DNA from: a plasmid
Length of the DNA stretch: 64,000 nucleotides
Reading direction: 5' to 3' (one strand)
Sequence record: CP121101.1
Of the stretch, positions 1 through 13,758 are shown piece after piece. The first letter of the stretch is position 1, and each line of letters begins with the position of its first letter. A program made the translations under genes and the position numbers. The notes below the pieces were generated by a model, which ran no database searches, was not told the DNA's origin, and saw only the letters and a program-made list of their open reading frames with translations.

Positions 1-2999
<2,999 letters not shown>

Positions 3000-3003
3000 A
3001 ATG

Positions 3004-3843
3004 CTAGGCATGATCTAACCCTCGGTCTCTGGCGTCGCGACTGCGAAATTTCGCGAGGGTTTCCGAGAAGGTGATTGCGCTTCGCAGATCTCCAGGCGCG
3101 TGGGTGCGGACGTAGTCAGCGCCATTGCCGATCGCGTGAAGTTCCGCCGCAAGGCTCGCTGGACCCAGATCCTTTACAGGAAGGCCAACGGTGGCGCCCA
3201 AGAAGGATTTCCGCGACACCGAGACCAATAGCGGAAGCCCCAACGCCGACTTCAGCTTTTGAAGGTTCGACAGCACGTGCAGCGATGTTTCCGGTGCGGG
3301 GCTCAAGAAAAATCCCATCCCCGGATCGAGGATGAGCCGGTCGGCAGCGAGCCCCCCGCTCCGTCGCAAGGCGGAAACCCGCGCCTCGAAGAACCGCACA
3401 ATCTCGTCGAGCGCGTCTTCGGGTCGAAGGTGACCGGTGCGGGTGGCGATGCCATCCCGCTGCGCTGAGTGCATAACCACCAGCCTGCAGTCCGCCTCAG
3501 CAATATCGGGATAGAGCGCAGGGTCAGGAAATCCTTGGATATCGTTCAGGTAGCCCACGCCGCGCTTGAGCGCATAGCGCTGGGTTTCCGGTTGGAAGCT
3601 GTCGATTGAAACACGGTGCATCTGATCGGACAGGGCGTCTAAGAGCGGCGCAATACGTCTGATCTCATCGGCCGGCGATACAGGCCTCGCGTCCGGATGG
3701 CTGGCGGCCGGTCCGACATCCACGACGTCTGATCCGACTCGCAGCATTTCGATCGCCGCGGTGACAGCGCCGGCGGGGTCTAGCCGCCGGCTCTCATCGA
3801 AGAAGGAGTCCTCGGTGAGATTCAGAATGCCGAACACCGTCAC
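3004..3843 (-). CDS. sul1: sulfonamide-resistant dihydropteroate synthase Sul1. The canonical ATG appears replaced (ctggtg), and the ORF is open in-frame to an upstream ATG at 3906.
   Basis: 279-aa core [27 protein letters not shown]...[13 protein letters not shown] identical in character to Sul1; part of the 3'-CS. Confidence 0.9.
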   Translation of the reverse strand: MTVFGILNLTEDSFFDESRRLDPAGAVTAAIEMLRVGSDVVDVGPAASHPDARPVSPADEIRRIAPLLDALSDQMHRVSIDSFQPETQRYALKRGVGYLNDIQGFPDPALYPDIAEADCRLVVMHSAQRDGIATRTGHLRPEDALDEIVRFFEARVSALRRSGGLAADRLILDPGMGFFLSPAPETSLHVLSNLQKLKSALGLPLLVSVSRKSFLGATVGLPVKDLGPASLAAELHAIGNGADYVRTHAPGDLRSAITFSETLAKFRSRDARDRGLDHA

Positions 3844-4189
3844 CAGGCGTCGTCGGCCTCCGCAGCGACTTCCACGATGGGGATCGGGCGAGCAAAAAGG
3901 CAGCAATTATGAGCCCCATACCTACAAAGCCCCACGCATCAAGCTTTTGCCCATGAAGCAACCAGGCAATGGCTGTAATTATGACGACGCCGAGTCCCGA
4001 CCAGACTGCATAAGCAACACCGACAGGGATGGATTTCAGAACCAGAGAAAGAAAATAAAATGCGATGCCATAACCGATTATGACAACGGCGGAAGGGGCA
4101 AGCTTAGTAAAGCCCTCGCTAGATTTTAATGCGGATGTTGCGATTACTTCGCCAACTATTGCGATAACAAGAAAAAGCCAGCCTTTCAT
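3794..4189 (-). CDS. qacEdelta1: QacEdelta1 SMR efflux protein. The reference gene is 348 bp (~3842-4189); here the C-terminus reads through because of a junction variant.
   Basis: [88 protein letters not shown]...; 3'-CS context upstream of sul1. Confidence 0.85.
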   Translation of the reverse strand: MKGWLFLVIAIVGEVIATSALKSSEGFTKLAPSAVVIIGYGIAFYFLSLVLKSIPVGVAYAVWSGLGVVIITAIAWLLHGQKLDAWGFVGMGLIIAAFLLARSPSWKSLRRPTTPGDGVRHSESHRGLLLR

Positions 4190-4261
4190 GATATATCTCC
4201 CAATTTGTGTAGGGCTTATTATGCACGCTTAAAAATAATAAAAGCAGACTTGACCTGATAG

Positions 4262-4405
4262 TTTGGCTGTGAGCAATTATGTGCTTAGTGCATCTAACGC
4301 CGCCATAAACGGCGACAGGGTGGCGCGCCTATTGCGCATAAAATGGCGAAGCCATGCGCAACAGGCGCGGAATCTCTGGCGTCCGGTTTGATGGCTTTGT
4401 TATGC
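4262..4405 (-). other. attC (59-be) recombination site of the arr-3 cassette
   Basis: imperfect inverted repeats gcgcctattgcgcataaaatggcgaagccatgcgcaacaggcgcg between arr-3 and the qacE-upstream sequence; boundaries approximate. Confidence 0.5.
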
Positions 4406-4411
4406 AAAGGA

Positions 4412-4864
4412 CTAGTCTTCAATGACGTGTAAACCACGGCGCTTTAAGTCCTCCAACGAATCCAACATTCCCCTTATTAATTCAACAGGATGCCCCTCCC
4501 AGTCTTCAACAACGCCAACAATTCTCAAGGGTTCGCAGGTTCTATAGGACTGTGTTGGATTACCGGGAAATCTTTTGTTCGTAAGATTCGGATCGTCTTC
4601 GAACGGTCCTGTTGGCTCAACTATGTATATGTAGCCGCGACCCTCGAGGCCAGACAGTGACATAGCAAGTTCAGCTCCCCAAACTGCTGGCTCCATCAAG
4701 GCTGAAAAGTAGATGTGCTTAAGAATACGACCGTCCTCGAAATGAGAGATGAACCCTGTGGTTAGCAAGTCACCAATCGCCAAATTGGCTTTGGTTCCAT
4801 GATAGAACGGTCCTTGCACCTGCTTGTAATTATCATGAGAGATGGGAATCCAATCTTTTACCAT
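4412..4864 (-). CDS. arr-3: rifampin ADP-ribosyltransferase Arr-3 (gene cassette)
   Basis: 150-aa ORF MVKDWIPISHDNYKQVQGPFYHGTKANLAIGDLLTTGFISHFEDGRILKH... recognised as Arr-3. Confidence 0.9.
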   Translation of the reverse strand: MVKDWIPISHDNYKQVQGPFYHGTKANLAIGDLLTTGFISHFEDGRILKHIYFSALMEPAVWGAELAMSLSGLEGRGYIYIVEPTGPFEDDPNLTNKRFPGNPTQSYRTCEPLRIVGVVEDWEGHPVELIRGMLDSLEDLKRRGLHVIED

Positions 4865-4948
4865 TTTAAGACCCTTAATTGTTGGGATTTGGCTGCATAA
4901 CGCCTGAAATAAGCCGTGCCGCGAAGCGGCATCGGCTTGATTGAATTG

Positions 4949-5582
4949 TTAGACGGCAAACTCGAGCCAATACTTGTGCAGGCCAACAATATTAGACGAG
5001 CACAGCATGGGCATTGCCGCTTTGATCTTCTCCAGTGACCAATTCCACCACTCCATCTCCAGAAGCAATGAAATTTCCTCATCGGTGAAGCGTTTCTTAA
5101 TCTTCTTAGCGGGATTGCCGCCAACGATAGCGTAAGGCTCCACATCTTTTGTCACCAACGAGCGGCTGCCTATCACCGCACCGTGCCCGATCTTGATTCC
5201 GGGCATGACCATTGCCTCAGAGCCGATCCAAACGTCATTGCCAATGACAGTATTACCTGCTTTTTGGAAGGCATCGAGTGCGCTTGAGAATGCAGGTTCT
5301 TCCTGCATATAAAAGAACGGGAAAGATGATGCCCAGTCGTACGTGATGCCCCTGATTGCCAGCCATGATAAAGGAAGCCCCACTCCCGATAGAGCAGAAA
5401 CTACCGATGATCAACTTATCAACGTCATCACGGTCCGGAAACAGATACCGTGCGCAGTCATCGAATGAGTGCCCATGATAGTAGCCAGAGTAATAGCTGT
5501 ACCGCCCAACTTTGATATTGGGGTTCTTCACTTGCTCAGAAAGCAGCTTGCCTTTGAAGGGGCTATCAAAGTAGTTGGTCAT
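4949..5582 (-). CDS. catB3: chloramphenicol acetyltransferase CatB3 (gene cassette). It is split into two ORFs by an apparent 1-bp insertion near 5345-5352 (GGGCATCACGTACGACTGG).
   Basis: N-part [43 protein letters not shown]...IMAGNQGH and C-part ...[25 protein letters not shown]...[11 protein letters not shown] in different frames; hexapeptide-repeat acetyltransferase. Confidence 0.85.
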
Positions 5583-5719
5583 AAGAGATCCCGCGGTCTG
5601 TGACTTTGCCGTCTAACGTTTGAAATAAGGGGCGCCGAGCGCCAGCGAGGGGAGCCAAAAGCTTGCTTTTGGCCGTCCCGACTTGATTGAAGGGTTGGGC
5701 GATTTTGCCATTAGATTTT

Positions 5720-6550
5720 TTATAAATTTAGTGTGTTTAGAATGGTGATCGCATTTTTCTTGGCTTTTATGCTTGATGTTAAATTCGACCCCAAGTTTCC
5801 TGTAAGTGCGGACACAAAAACATATTTATGTCCTGATTTGCTTATAATAAACCCTTCAAACCATCCGTTTTGTAAGGTTCTATTTGCTGTGAATCCTGCA
5901 CCAGTTTTCCCATACAGTTTTGTACTATTATCCAGATCTTGTAGATACATGTTCTCTATGGTGTTTTCTATGGCTGAGTTTTTAACTGGGAGATTGTGAT
6001 TAATAATTTTACGCAGGAATTGAATTTGTTCTTCTGGTGAAATTTTTAAGCTACTTTCGAGCCATGCTTCTGTTAATCCGTTGTTTCTTTCTTTATCTCC
6101 AGAGAAGTCTTGATTTCCATAATCAAAATCTTTGAGATAATTCTTGATTTTATTTAATCCAATTTTTTGGGTTATTTCTTGCGAAACCCAAACAACAGAA
6201 AATTGCATCCACGTCTTTGGTGTATGATTGCTGTTCCAGATCTCCATTCCTTTGGGGGTTTTATCCCATTTGAATATGGTTTTCTGATCTATTATTTCCG
6301 CATCAAATGCCATAAGTGATAATGCGATCTTGAAAGTTGAATCTGGTGCCATTTGCGTTGCACACTTTGCTTTATTGAATTGAGCAATTTCAGCGTTTGT
6401 GGATGCATCGTAAAGTAAAAAACAACCTTCAGTTCCTTCAAATAATGGAGATGCAACAGTAGAGATATCTGTTGATGCACTGGCGCTGCTGTAGATAATA
6501 TTTGCAATTATTAAAAAAATAGCGAAGTTGATATGTATTGTGTTTTTCAT
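5720..6550 (-). CDS. blaOXA-1: class D beta-lactamase OXA-1 (gene cassette); the ORF is open upstream to 6595, with the canonical start at MKNTIHINF
   Basis: MKNTIHINFAIFLIIANIIYSSASASTDISTVASPLFEGTEGCFLLYDASTNAEIAQFNKAKCATQMAPDSTFKIALSLMAFD...ILNTLNL. Confidence 0.92.
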   Translation of the reverse strand: MKNTIHINFAIFLIIANIIYSSASASTDISTVASPLFEGTEGCFLLYDASTNAEIAQFNKAKCATQMAPDSTFKIALSLMAFDAEIIDQKTIFKWDKTPKGMEIWNSNHTPKTWMQFSVVWVSQEITQKIGLNKIKNYLKDFDYGNQDFSGDKERNNGLTEAWLESSLKISPEEQIQFLRKIINHNLPVKNSAIENTIENMYLQDLDNSTKLYGKTGAGFTANRTLQNGWFEGFIISKSGHKYVFVSALTGNLGSNLTSSIKAKKNAITILNTLNL

Positions 6551-6680
6551 AATAAGTATTGGTTTGGTAAAGGGCTTAATTTTAACGGCTAACAATTAAT
6601 GAGGCTCCGGGTTCGCCCAACGTTTGACATGAGGGGCGGCCAAGGGCGCCAGCCCTTGGACGTCCCCCTCGATGGAAGGG

Positions 6681-7319
6681 TTAGGCATCACTGCGTGTTC
6701 GCTCGAATGCCTGGCGTGTTTGAACCATGTACACGGCTGGACCATATGGGGTGGTTACGGTACCTTGCCTCTCAAACCCCGCTTTCTCGTAGCATCGGAT
6801 CGCTCGCAAGTTGCTCGGCGACGGGTCCGTTTGGATCTTGGTGACCTCGGGATCATTGAACAGCAACTCAACCAGAGCTCGAACCAGCTTGGTTCCCAAG
6901 CCTTTGCCCAGTTGTGATGCATTCGCCAGTAACTGGTCTATTCCGCGTACTCCTGGATCGGTTTCTTCTTCCCACCGTCCGTCCCCGCTTCCAAGAGCAA
7001 CGTACGACTGGGCATACCCAATCGGCTCTCCATTCAGCATTGCAATGTATGGAGTGACGGACTCTTGCGCTAAAACGCTTGGCAAGTACTGTTCCTGTAC
7101 GTCAGCAAGTGTCGGGCGTGCTTCTTCTCCGCCCCACCACTCGACGATATGAGATCGATTTAGCCACTCATAGAGCATCGCAAGGTCATGCTCAGTCATG
7201 AGGCGCAGTGTGACGGAATCGTTGCTGTTGGTCACGATGCTGTACTTTGTGATGCCTAACTTTGTTTTTGCGTTGCTCATGATGTCTAACTCCCAATTTG
7301 TGTAGGGCTTATTATGCAC
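6681..7319 (-). CDS. aac(6')-Ib-cr: aminoglycoside 6'-N-acetyltransferase AAC(6')-Ib-cr (the -cr variant that also acetylates fluoroquinolones)
   Basis: sequence contains GDGRWEEE (Trp to Arg) and TTPYGPAVY (Asp to Tyr), the two cr-defining substitutions, plus Leu in IDQLLANAS; first cassette after attI1. Confidence 0.88.
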   Translation of the reverse strand: MHNKPYTNWELDIMSNAKTKLGITKYSIVTNSNDSVTLRLMTEHDLAMLYEWLNRSHIVEWWGGEEARPTLADVQEQYLPSVLAQESVTPYIAMLNGEPIGYAQSYVALGSGDGRWEEETDPGVRGIDQLLANASQLGKGLGTKLVRALVELLFNDPEVTKIQTDPSPSNLRAIRCYEKAGFERQGTVTTPYGPAVYMVQTRQAFERTRSDA

Positions 7320-7392
7320 GCTTAAAAATAATAAAAGCAGCTTGACCTGATAGTTTGGCTGTGAGCAATTATGTGCTTAGTGCATCTAACTT

Positions 7393-7460
7393 TGTTTTAG
7401 GGCGACTGCCCTGCTGCGTAACATCGTTGCTGCTCCATAACATCAAACATCGACCCACGG
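7393..7460 (-). other. attI1 integration site (crossover near cttagtgcatctaac|tttgttttagggcg)
   Basis: characteristic attI1 sequence ccctaaaacaaagttagat... (rc) between the first cassette and intI1. Confidence 0.6.
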
Positions 7461-7525
7461 CGTAACGCGCTTGCTGCTTGGATGCCCGAGGCATAGACTG
7501 TACAAAAAAACAGTCATAACAAGCC

Positions 7526-8541
7526 ATGAAAACCGCCACTGCGCCGTTACCACCGCTGCGTTCGGTCAAGGTTCTGGACCAGTTGCGTGAGCGCATACGC
7601 TACTTGCATTACAGTTTACGAACCGAACAGGCTTATGTCCACTGGGTTCGTGCCTTCATCCGTTTCCACGGTGTGCGTCACCCGGCAACCTTGGGCAGCA
7701 GCGAAGTCGAGGCATTTCTGTCCTGGCTGGCGAACGAGCGCAAGGTTTCGGTCTCCACGCATCGTCAGGCATTGGCGGCCTTGCTGTTCTTCTACGGCAA
7801 GGTGCTGTGCACGGATCTGCCCTGGCTTCAGGAGATCGGAAGAGACCTCGGCCGTCGCGGCGCTTGCCGGTGGTGCTGACCCCGGATGAAGTGGTTCGCA
7901 TCCTCGGTTTTCTGGAAGGCGAGCATCGTTTGTTCGCCCAGCTTCTGTATGGAACGGGCATGCGGATCAGTGAGGGTTTGCAACTGCGGGTCAAGGATCT
8001 GGATTTCGATCACGGCACGATCATCGTGCGGGAGGGCAAGGGCTCCAAGGATCGGGCCTTGATGTTACCCGAGAGCTTGGCACCCAGCCTGCGCGAGCAG
8101 CTGTCGCGTGCACGGGCATGGTGGCTGAAGGACCAGGCCGAGGGCCGCAGCGGCGTTGCGCTTCCCGACGCCCTTGAGCGGAAGTATCCGCGCGCCGGGC
8201 ATTCCTGGCCGTGGTTCTGGGTTTTTGCGCAGCACACGCATTCGACCGATCCACGGAGCGGTGTCGTGCGTCGCCATCACATGTATGACCAGACCTTTCA
8301 GCGCGCCTTCAAACGTGCCGTAGAACAAGCAGGCATCACGAAGCCCGCCACACCGCACACCCTCCGCCACTCGTTCGCGACGGCCTTGCTCCGCAGCGGT
8401 TACGACATTCGAACCGTGCAGGATCTGCTCGGCCATTCCGACGTCTCTACGACGATGATTTACACGCATGTGCTGAAAGTTGGCGGTGCCGGAGTGCGCT
8501 CACCGCTTGATGCGCTGCCGCCCCTCACTAGTGAGAGGTAG
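7526..8541 (+). CDS. intI1: class 1 integron integrase IntI1. It is split into two ORFs by an apparent 2-bp insertion (GGAAGAGACCTCGG versus reference GGAAGACCTCGG) near 7845-7850.
   Basis: [40 protein letters not shown]... then ...[58 protein letters not shown]...[24 protein letters not shown]. Confidence 0.9.
7613..7641 (-). promoter_or_regulatory. integron cassette promoter Pc, weak PcW-type (-35 TGGACA, 17-bp spacer, -10 TAAACT, no TGN)
   Basis: rc of 7636-7641 = TGGACA; rc of 7613-7618 = TAAACT; lies inside the intI1 coding region as in all class 1 integrons. Confidence 0.75.
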
Positions 8542-8718
8542 GGCAGCGCAAGTCAATCCTGGCGGATTCACTACCCCTGCGCGAAGGCCATCGGTGCCGC
8601 ATCGAACGGCCGGTTGCGGAAAGTCCTCCCTGCGTCCGCTGATGGCCGGCAGCAGCCCGTCGTTGCCTGATGGATCCAACCCCTCCGCTGCTATAGTGCA
8701 GTCGGCTTCTGACGTTCA

Positions 8719-8743
8719 GTGCAGCCGTCTTCTGAAAACGACA
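8719..8743. repeat. IRi, the 25-bp terminal inverted repeat of the class 1 integron 5'-CS
   Basis: gtgcagccgtcttctgaaaacgaca = rc of TGTCGTTTTCAGAAGACGGCTGCAC. Confidence 0.85.
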
Positions 8744-9136
8744 ACAGTGGTGGTGCACAGCATGGATCGGCTGGCCCGCAACCTCGATGACCTGCGTCGC
8801 TTGGTACAGAAGCTGACTCAGCGCGGCGTGCGCATCGAGTTCCTGAAGGAGGGCCTGGTGTTCACTGGCGAGGACTCGCCGATGGCCAACCTGATGCTGT
8901 CGGTGATGGGGGCCTTCGCTGAGTTCGAGCGCGCCCTGATCCGCGAGCGGCAGCGTGAGGGCATCGCCTTGGCCAAGCAGCGTGGCGCGTACCGGGGCCG
9001 CAAGAAAGCCCTGTCCGATGAGCAGGCTGCTACCCTGCGGCAGCGAGCGACGGCCGGCGAGCCCAAGGCGCAGCTTGCCCGCGAGTTCAACATCAGCCGG
9101 GAAACCCTCTACCAGTACCTCCGCACGGACGACTGA
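8744..9136 (+). pseudogene. tnpR: 3' two-thirds of Tn21-subgroup resolvase gene tnpR, truncated at its 5' end by the integron IRi insertion
   Basis: translation from the IRi boundary VVVHSMDRLARNLDDLRRLVQKLTQRGVRIEFLKEGLVFTGEDSPMANL...[19 protein letters not shown] is the C-terminal ~130 aa of a serine resolvase; no N-terminal catalytic Ser region. Confidence 0.8.
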
Positions 9137-9139
9137 CAC

Positions 9140-12113
9140 ATGCCGCGTCGCTTGATCCTCTCGGCCACGGAGCGGGACACACCCTGCTTGCGCTGCCGGA
9201 AAGCCAGGATGACCTGATCCGCTACTACACCTTCAACGACTCCGACCTGTCGCTGATCCGCCAGCGACGCGGCGACGCCAACCGCCTCGGCTTCGCCGTG
9301 CAGCTCTGCCTGCTGCGCTACCCCGGTTACGCGCTGGGAACCGACAGCGAGCTGCCCGAGCCGGTCATCCTGTGGGTGGCGAAGCAAGTCCAGGCCGAGC
9401 CGGCGAGCTGGGCAAAGTACGGCGAGCGCGACGTGACCCGTCGCGAGCATGCCCAGGAACTGCGCACCTACCTGCAACTGGCCCCGTTCGGCCTGTCCGA
9501 CTTCCGCGCCCTGGTGCGCGAGCTAACCGAGCTGGCCCAGCAGACCGACAAAGGCTTGCTGCTGGCCGGTCAGGCCCTGGAGAGCCTACGGCAGAAACGA
9601 CGCATCCTGCCGGCGCTGAGCGTGATTGACCGGGCCTGCTCGGAAGCCATTGCGCGAGCCAATCGGCGGGTCTACCGCGCCCTGGTCGAACCACTCACGG
9701 ACTCGCATCGGGCCAAGCTGGACGAGCTGTTGAAGCTCAAGGCCGGCAGCAGCATCACCTGGTTGACCTGGCTGCGCCAGGCACCGCTGAAACCCAACTC
9801 TCGGCACATGCTGGAACACATCGAGCGGCTGAAGACATTTCAGTTGGTGGACTTGCCCGAAGGCCTGGGCCGGCACATCCACCAGAACCGCCTGCTCAAG
9901 CTGGCCCGCGAGGGTGGGCAGATGACGCCCAAAGACCTCGGTAAGTTCGAGCCGCAGCGCCGCTACGCGACCCTGGCCGCCGTGGTGCTGGAGAGCACCG
10001 CGACCGTGATCGATGAGCTGGTCGATCTGCATGACCGCATCCTGGTCAAGCTGTTCAGCGGCGCGAAGCACAAGCATCAGCAGCAGTTCCAGAAGCAGGG
10101 CAAGGCGATCAACGACAAGGTGCGCCTGTACTCCAGGATCGGCCAGGCGCTGCTGGAAGCGAAGGAAAGCGGCAGCGACCCCTATGCCGCCATCGAGGCG
10201 GTGATTCCCTGGGACGAGTTCACCGAGAGCGTCAGCGAGGCCGAGCTGCTGGCCCGGCCGGAAGGCTTCGACCACCTGCACCTGGTCGGCGAGAACTTCG
10301 CCACCCTGCGCCGTTACACGCCGGCCTTGCTGGAGGTGCTGGAACTGCGCGCCGCGCCGGCCGCGCAAGGCGTGCTGGCAGCCGTGCAGACCCTGCGTGA
10401 GATGAACGCCGACAACCTGCGCAAGGTGCCGGCCGATGCACCCACGGCCTTCATCAAGCCGCGCTGGAAGCCGCTGGTGATCACCCCGGAAGGCCTCGAC
10501 CGGAAATTCTACGAAATCTGCGCCCTGTCCGAGCTGAAGAACGCCCTGCGCTCCGGCGACATCTGGGTCAAGGGCTCGCGGCAGTTCCGCGACTTCGACG
10601 ACTACCTGCTGCCGGCCGAGAAGTTCGCCGCACTCAAGCGCGAGCAGGCCCTGCCCCTGGCGATCAACCCGAACAGCGACCAGTACCTGGAAGAGCGTTT
10701 GCAGCTGCTGGACGAGCAGTTGGCCACCGTCACCCGCCTGGCCAAGGACAACGAGCTGCCCGATGCCATCCTCACCGAGTCAGGGCTGAAAATCACCCCG
10801 CTGGATGCGGCGGTGCCGGATCGGGCGCAGGCGCTGATCGACCAAACCACCAGTTACTGCCGCGCATCAAGATCACCGAACTGCTGATGGACGTGGACGA
10901 CTGGACGGGCTTCAGCCGCCACTTCACCCACTTGAAGGACGGGGCCGAGGCCAAAGACAGGACGTTGCTGCTGTCCGCAATCCTCGGTGATGCGATCAAC
11001 CTCGGGCTGACCAAGATGGCCGAGTCGAGCCCCGGCCTGACCTACGCCAAGCTGTCCTGGCTGCAAGCCTGGCACATCCGCGACGAAACCTATTCGGCGG
11101 CCTTGGCCGAGCTGGTCAACCACCAGTATCGCCACGCCTTTGCCGCCCACTGGGGCGACGGCACGACCTCATCCTCCGATGGCCAGCGCTTCCGCGCGGG
11201 TGGCCGGGGCGAGAGCACCGGGCACGTCAACCCGAAGTACGGTAGCGAGCCGGGACGGCTGTTCTATACCCATATCTCCGACCAGTACGCGCCGTTCAGC
11301 ACCCGCGTGGTGAATGTCGGCGTCCGCGATTCCACCTATGTGCTCGACGGCCTGCTGTACCACGAGTCCGACCTGCGGATCGAGGAGCACTACACCGACA
11401 CGGCCGGCTTCACCGATCACGTCTTTGCCCTGATGCACCTGCTAGGCTTCCGCTTCGCGCCGCGCATCCGCGACCTCGGCGAAACCAAGCTGTACGTGCC
11501 GCAGGGCGTGCAAGCCTACCCGACGTTGCGCCCGCTGATCGGCGGCACCCTGAACATCAAGCACGTGCGTGCCCACTGGGACGACATCCTGCGCCTGGCC
11601 AGCTCGATCAAGCAGGGCACCGTCACCGCCTCGCTGATGCTGCGCAAGCTCGGCAGCTACCCGCGCCAGAACGGACTGGCCGTGGCCCTGCGCGAGCTGG
11701 GCCGGATCGAGCGCACGCTGTTCATCCTGGACTGGCTGCAAAGTGTTGAACTGCGCCGCCGCGTGCATGCCGGCCTGAACAAAGGTGAGGCGCGCAACTC
11801 GCTGGCCAGGGCGGTGTTCTTCAACCGCCTTGGGGAAATCAGGGATCGGAGCTTCGAGCAGCAGCAGCAGCGCTACCGGGCCAGCGGCCTCAACCTGGTG
11901 ACGGCGGCTATCGTGCTGTGGAACACGGTGTACCTGGAACGCGCCACCCAGGGGTTGGTCGAGGCCGGCAAGCCGGTGGACGGCGAGCTGCTGCAATTCC
12001 TGTCGCCGCTGGGCTGGGAGCACATCAACCTAACCGGCGATTACGTCTGGCGGCAGAGCCGCAGACTGGAAGACGGGAAGTTTCGGCCCTTACGGATGCC
12101 CGGAAAACCTTAG
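9140..12113 (+). CDS. tnpA: Tn3-family (Tn21-subgroup) transposase TnpA, ~990 aa. It is broken by apparent indels at ~9183 (ACACACC) and ~10857 (1-bp deletion).
   Basis: [13 protein letters not shown]..., [31 protein letters not shown]..., ...[24 protein letters not shown]...[12 protein letters not shown]... conserved Tn3-family TnpA; stop lies inside the terminal IR. Confidence 0.88.
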
Positions 12114-12147
12114 CGTACGATTTTTTCCGAATTCTGCGGGCTCCCCC
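12109..12147. repeat. terminal inverted repeat (IRtnp, ~38-39 bp) of the Tn21-subgroup transposon; resembles Tn501/Tn1721 IR (GGGGGAxCCGCAGAATTCGGAAAAAATCGTACGCTAAG)
   Basis: rc of 12109-12147 = GGGGGAGCCCGCAGAATTCGGAAAAAATCGTACGCTAAG; overlaps tnpA stop. Confidence 0.8.
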
Positions 12148-13715
12148 ACACTGGCCAAAGAGTCCGCAGCGGCACGAGCCGTCAGCCCCCTCCACGCAGG
12201 CCAGCGCGAACGCTACCAGAGGCCAGGATCTCGAGATCGGCATGCACACCGAGTAAATCACGCCGCCACCAGGTCCAGCACACCTGCCGGCACCACCAGA
12301 CGCTGTGCCGGGTCCCCTGAACACCGATCCGACCGGCTGCCTAGGGCCACCTGCTGTACAGACCCGCCGGCCGCCGCACCGGAACCTGCCCAGCCTGACC
12401 ACCATGGGTGCCGAGCCAGCGACGCCCCGGGGCCACCGGCAGCCCCCCACCGAATGTAACTCCGATTCGGGAGACAGACCCCCACCACGGGAGCACCGGT
12501 AATCGAGCCACGCCTTGTCGGCGAAAACGGTCTTGGTGTGGTGCGTGGCCTGCTTTGCTTCGTGATAGCGCCCCTCAGATCGACCCCATCTCGTAGCTAG
12601 CCGGAGGGGTGGAGAGTGTCGCGGATCTCGATGTTGGCCCACTCAGTGACTCGGACGCAGGTCGAGTGAGTTAGCCAGAGCTGCATTGCATCACGGTCGA
12701 ATTAACGACCGGTGATCGAGGCGACACGAATCACATGCTTGAGTTGTCCAGGACGAAGGGCGGCAGCACGACGGGCGTCGGGTCTTGGGGAGTAGTACAT
12801 GGGACTCTCTCTATTTAATGCCGGTTCACAGCAGTGAACTGAGTGAGCAGGAAAAGGGTCTCCTGGTGATCATACCAGCAGGCCACAGGCGGGGTTCACG
12901 GATAGTTAGGCGAGTGTGTCAGGGCTGGGCACATCAGGAAGGTACACACACGGCGGTGTCGTGACGGCATGCTCTTTCGTGTAATGAGGTCGAGGCTCGG
13001 GCGCTAAGTAGATATGAAGCCCACCTTCGGGCTTCCACATTGGAGAACAGAGCATGAACAAGACTCGTATCAAACAAGGCGCCCGCTGGGCATTCACTGT
13101 CGCCCAGCAGGCGATCACCTAGGCCGCCGTCAGGCTGCTTGGCATGGCCATCCTGTCAGTGGTCGTCAAGACCTGGCCAGTGGTCGCTGTGGCGACTGGG
13201 GGGCTATGTTGAGCCCACGAATAGAAGCGGGGCCACAGGCCCCGCCGATTAGCACGGACTTTTAGAGTGAGACTTTGCTTTCATCTCACAAGGGCAGTCC
13301 AGGAGTCCGCCGAGCACCACACAAAATCACCGGCTCTAGCACAGGACCGTCAGATCCAATCCTCCACGGGGCCGACTGCGGCCCCCACTGCCAACTACTA
13401 GCCCCCGCCTGCGCTGGCCGCCTTGGGCAATGAATTTTCACGGATTCTCAATCTGGATAGTCTGCAAGTAGCCAAATGCCGATAGCCATGCAGCCGAACG
13501 TGGACCCTGTGATTGAATACCGAGCCTGCTGGCCACCGAGTAGTCCAGATCACAACTAAAGGAGGGGGAGGGGGTCGCAGTCGAGTAACTCGAAGTGAAA
13601 AGGCAGGATCCGGCTCATCTATCGATGGTGCTTCACTGACGTGGTTAATGCGGTAGATGCTACTCATGCAGTTCATTATCTCTACGACGTCTTCGAAATC
13701 ACAACATACATCAAC

Positions 13716-13743
13716 AAAAAGCCCCGCTAGGCGGGGCTATTTG
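13716..13743. terminator. bidirectional rho-independent terminator hairpin (gccccgc-tagg-cggggc flanked by A-run and T-rich tail)
   Basis: perfect 7-bp GC stem, 3' of minus-strand ORF 13759-14427. Confidence 0.6.
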
Positions 13744-13758
13744 CATCTTGCGCCTGGT

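Noticed and set aside
4949-8541. Calling catB3 and intI1 genuine pseudogenes
   Set aside because: Their breaks are single 1-2 bp indels at simple repeats, identical in kind to indels seen in dozens of other genes across the window, so a sequencing artefact is the more economical explanation.
9586-10368. 260-aa ORF antisense to tnpA, plus many other 60-150-aa ORFs antisense to intI1, sul1, ISCR1 and tnpA
   Set aside because: They lie entirely within well-established genes on the opposite strand, in GC-rich DNA where long antisense frames are expected.
12025-12642. 205-aa minus-strand ORF in the GC-rich region outside the transposon IR
   Set aside because: The composition is Gly/Arg/Ala-rich and low-complexity, typical of a random open frame in high-GC DNA. 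It overlaps the tnpA 3' end and IR and has no RBS.
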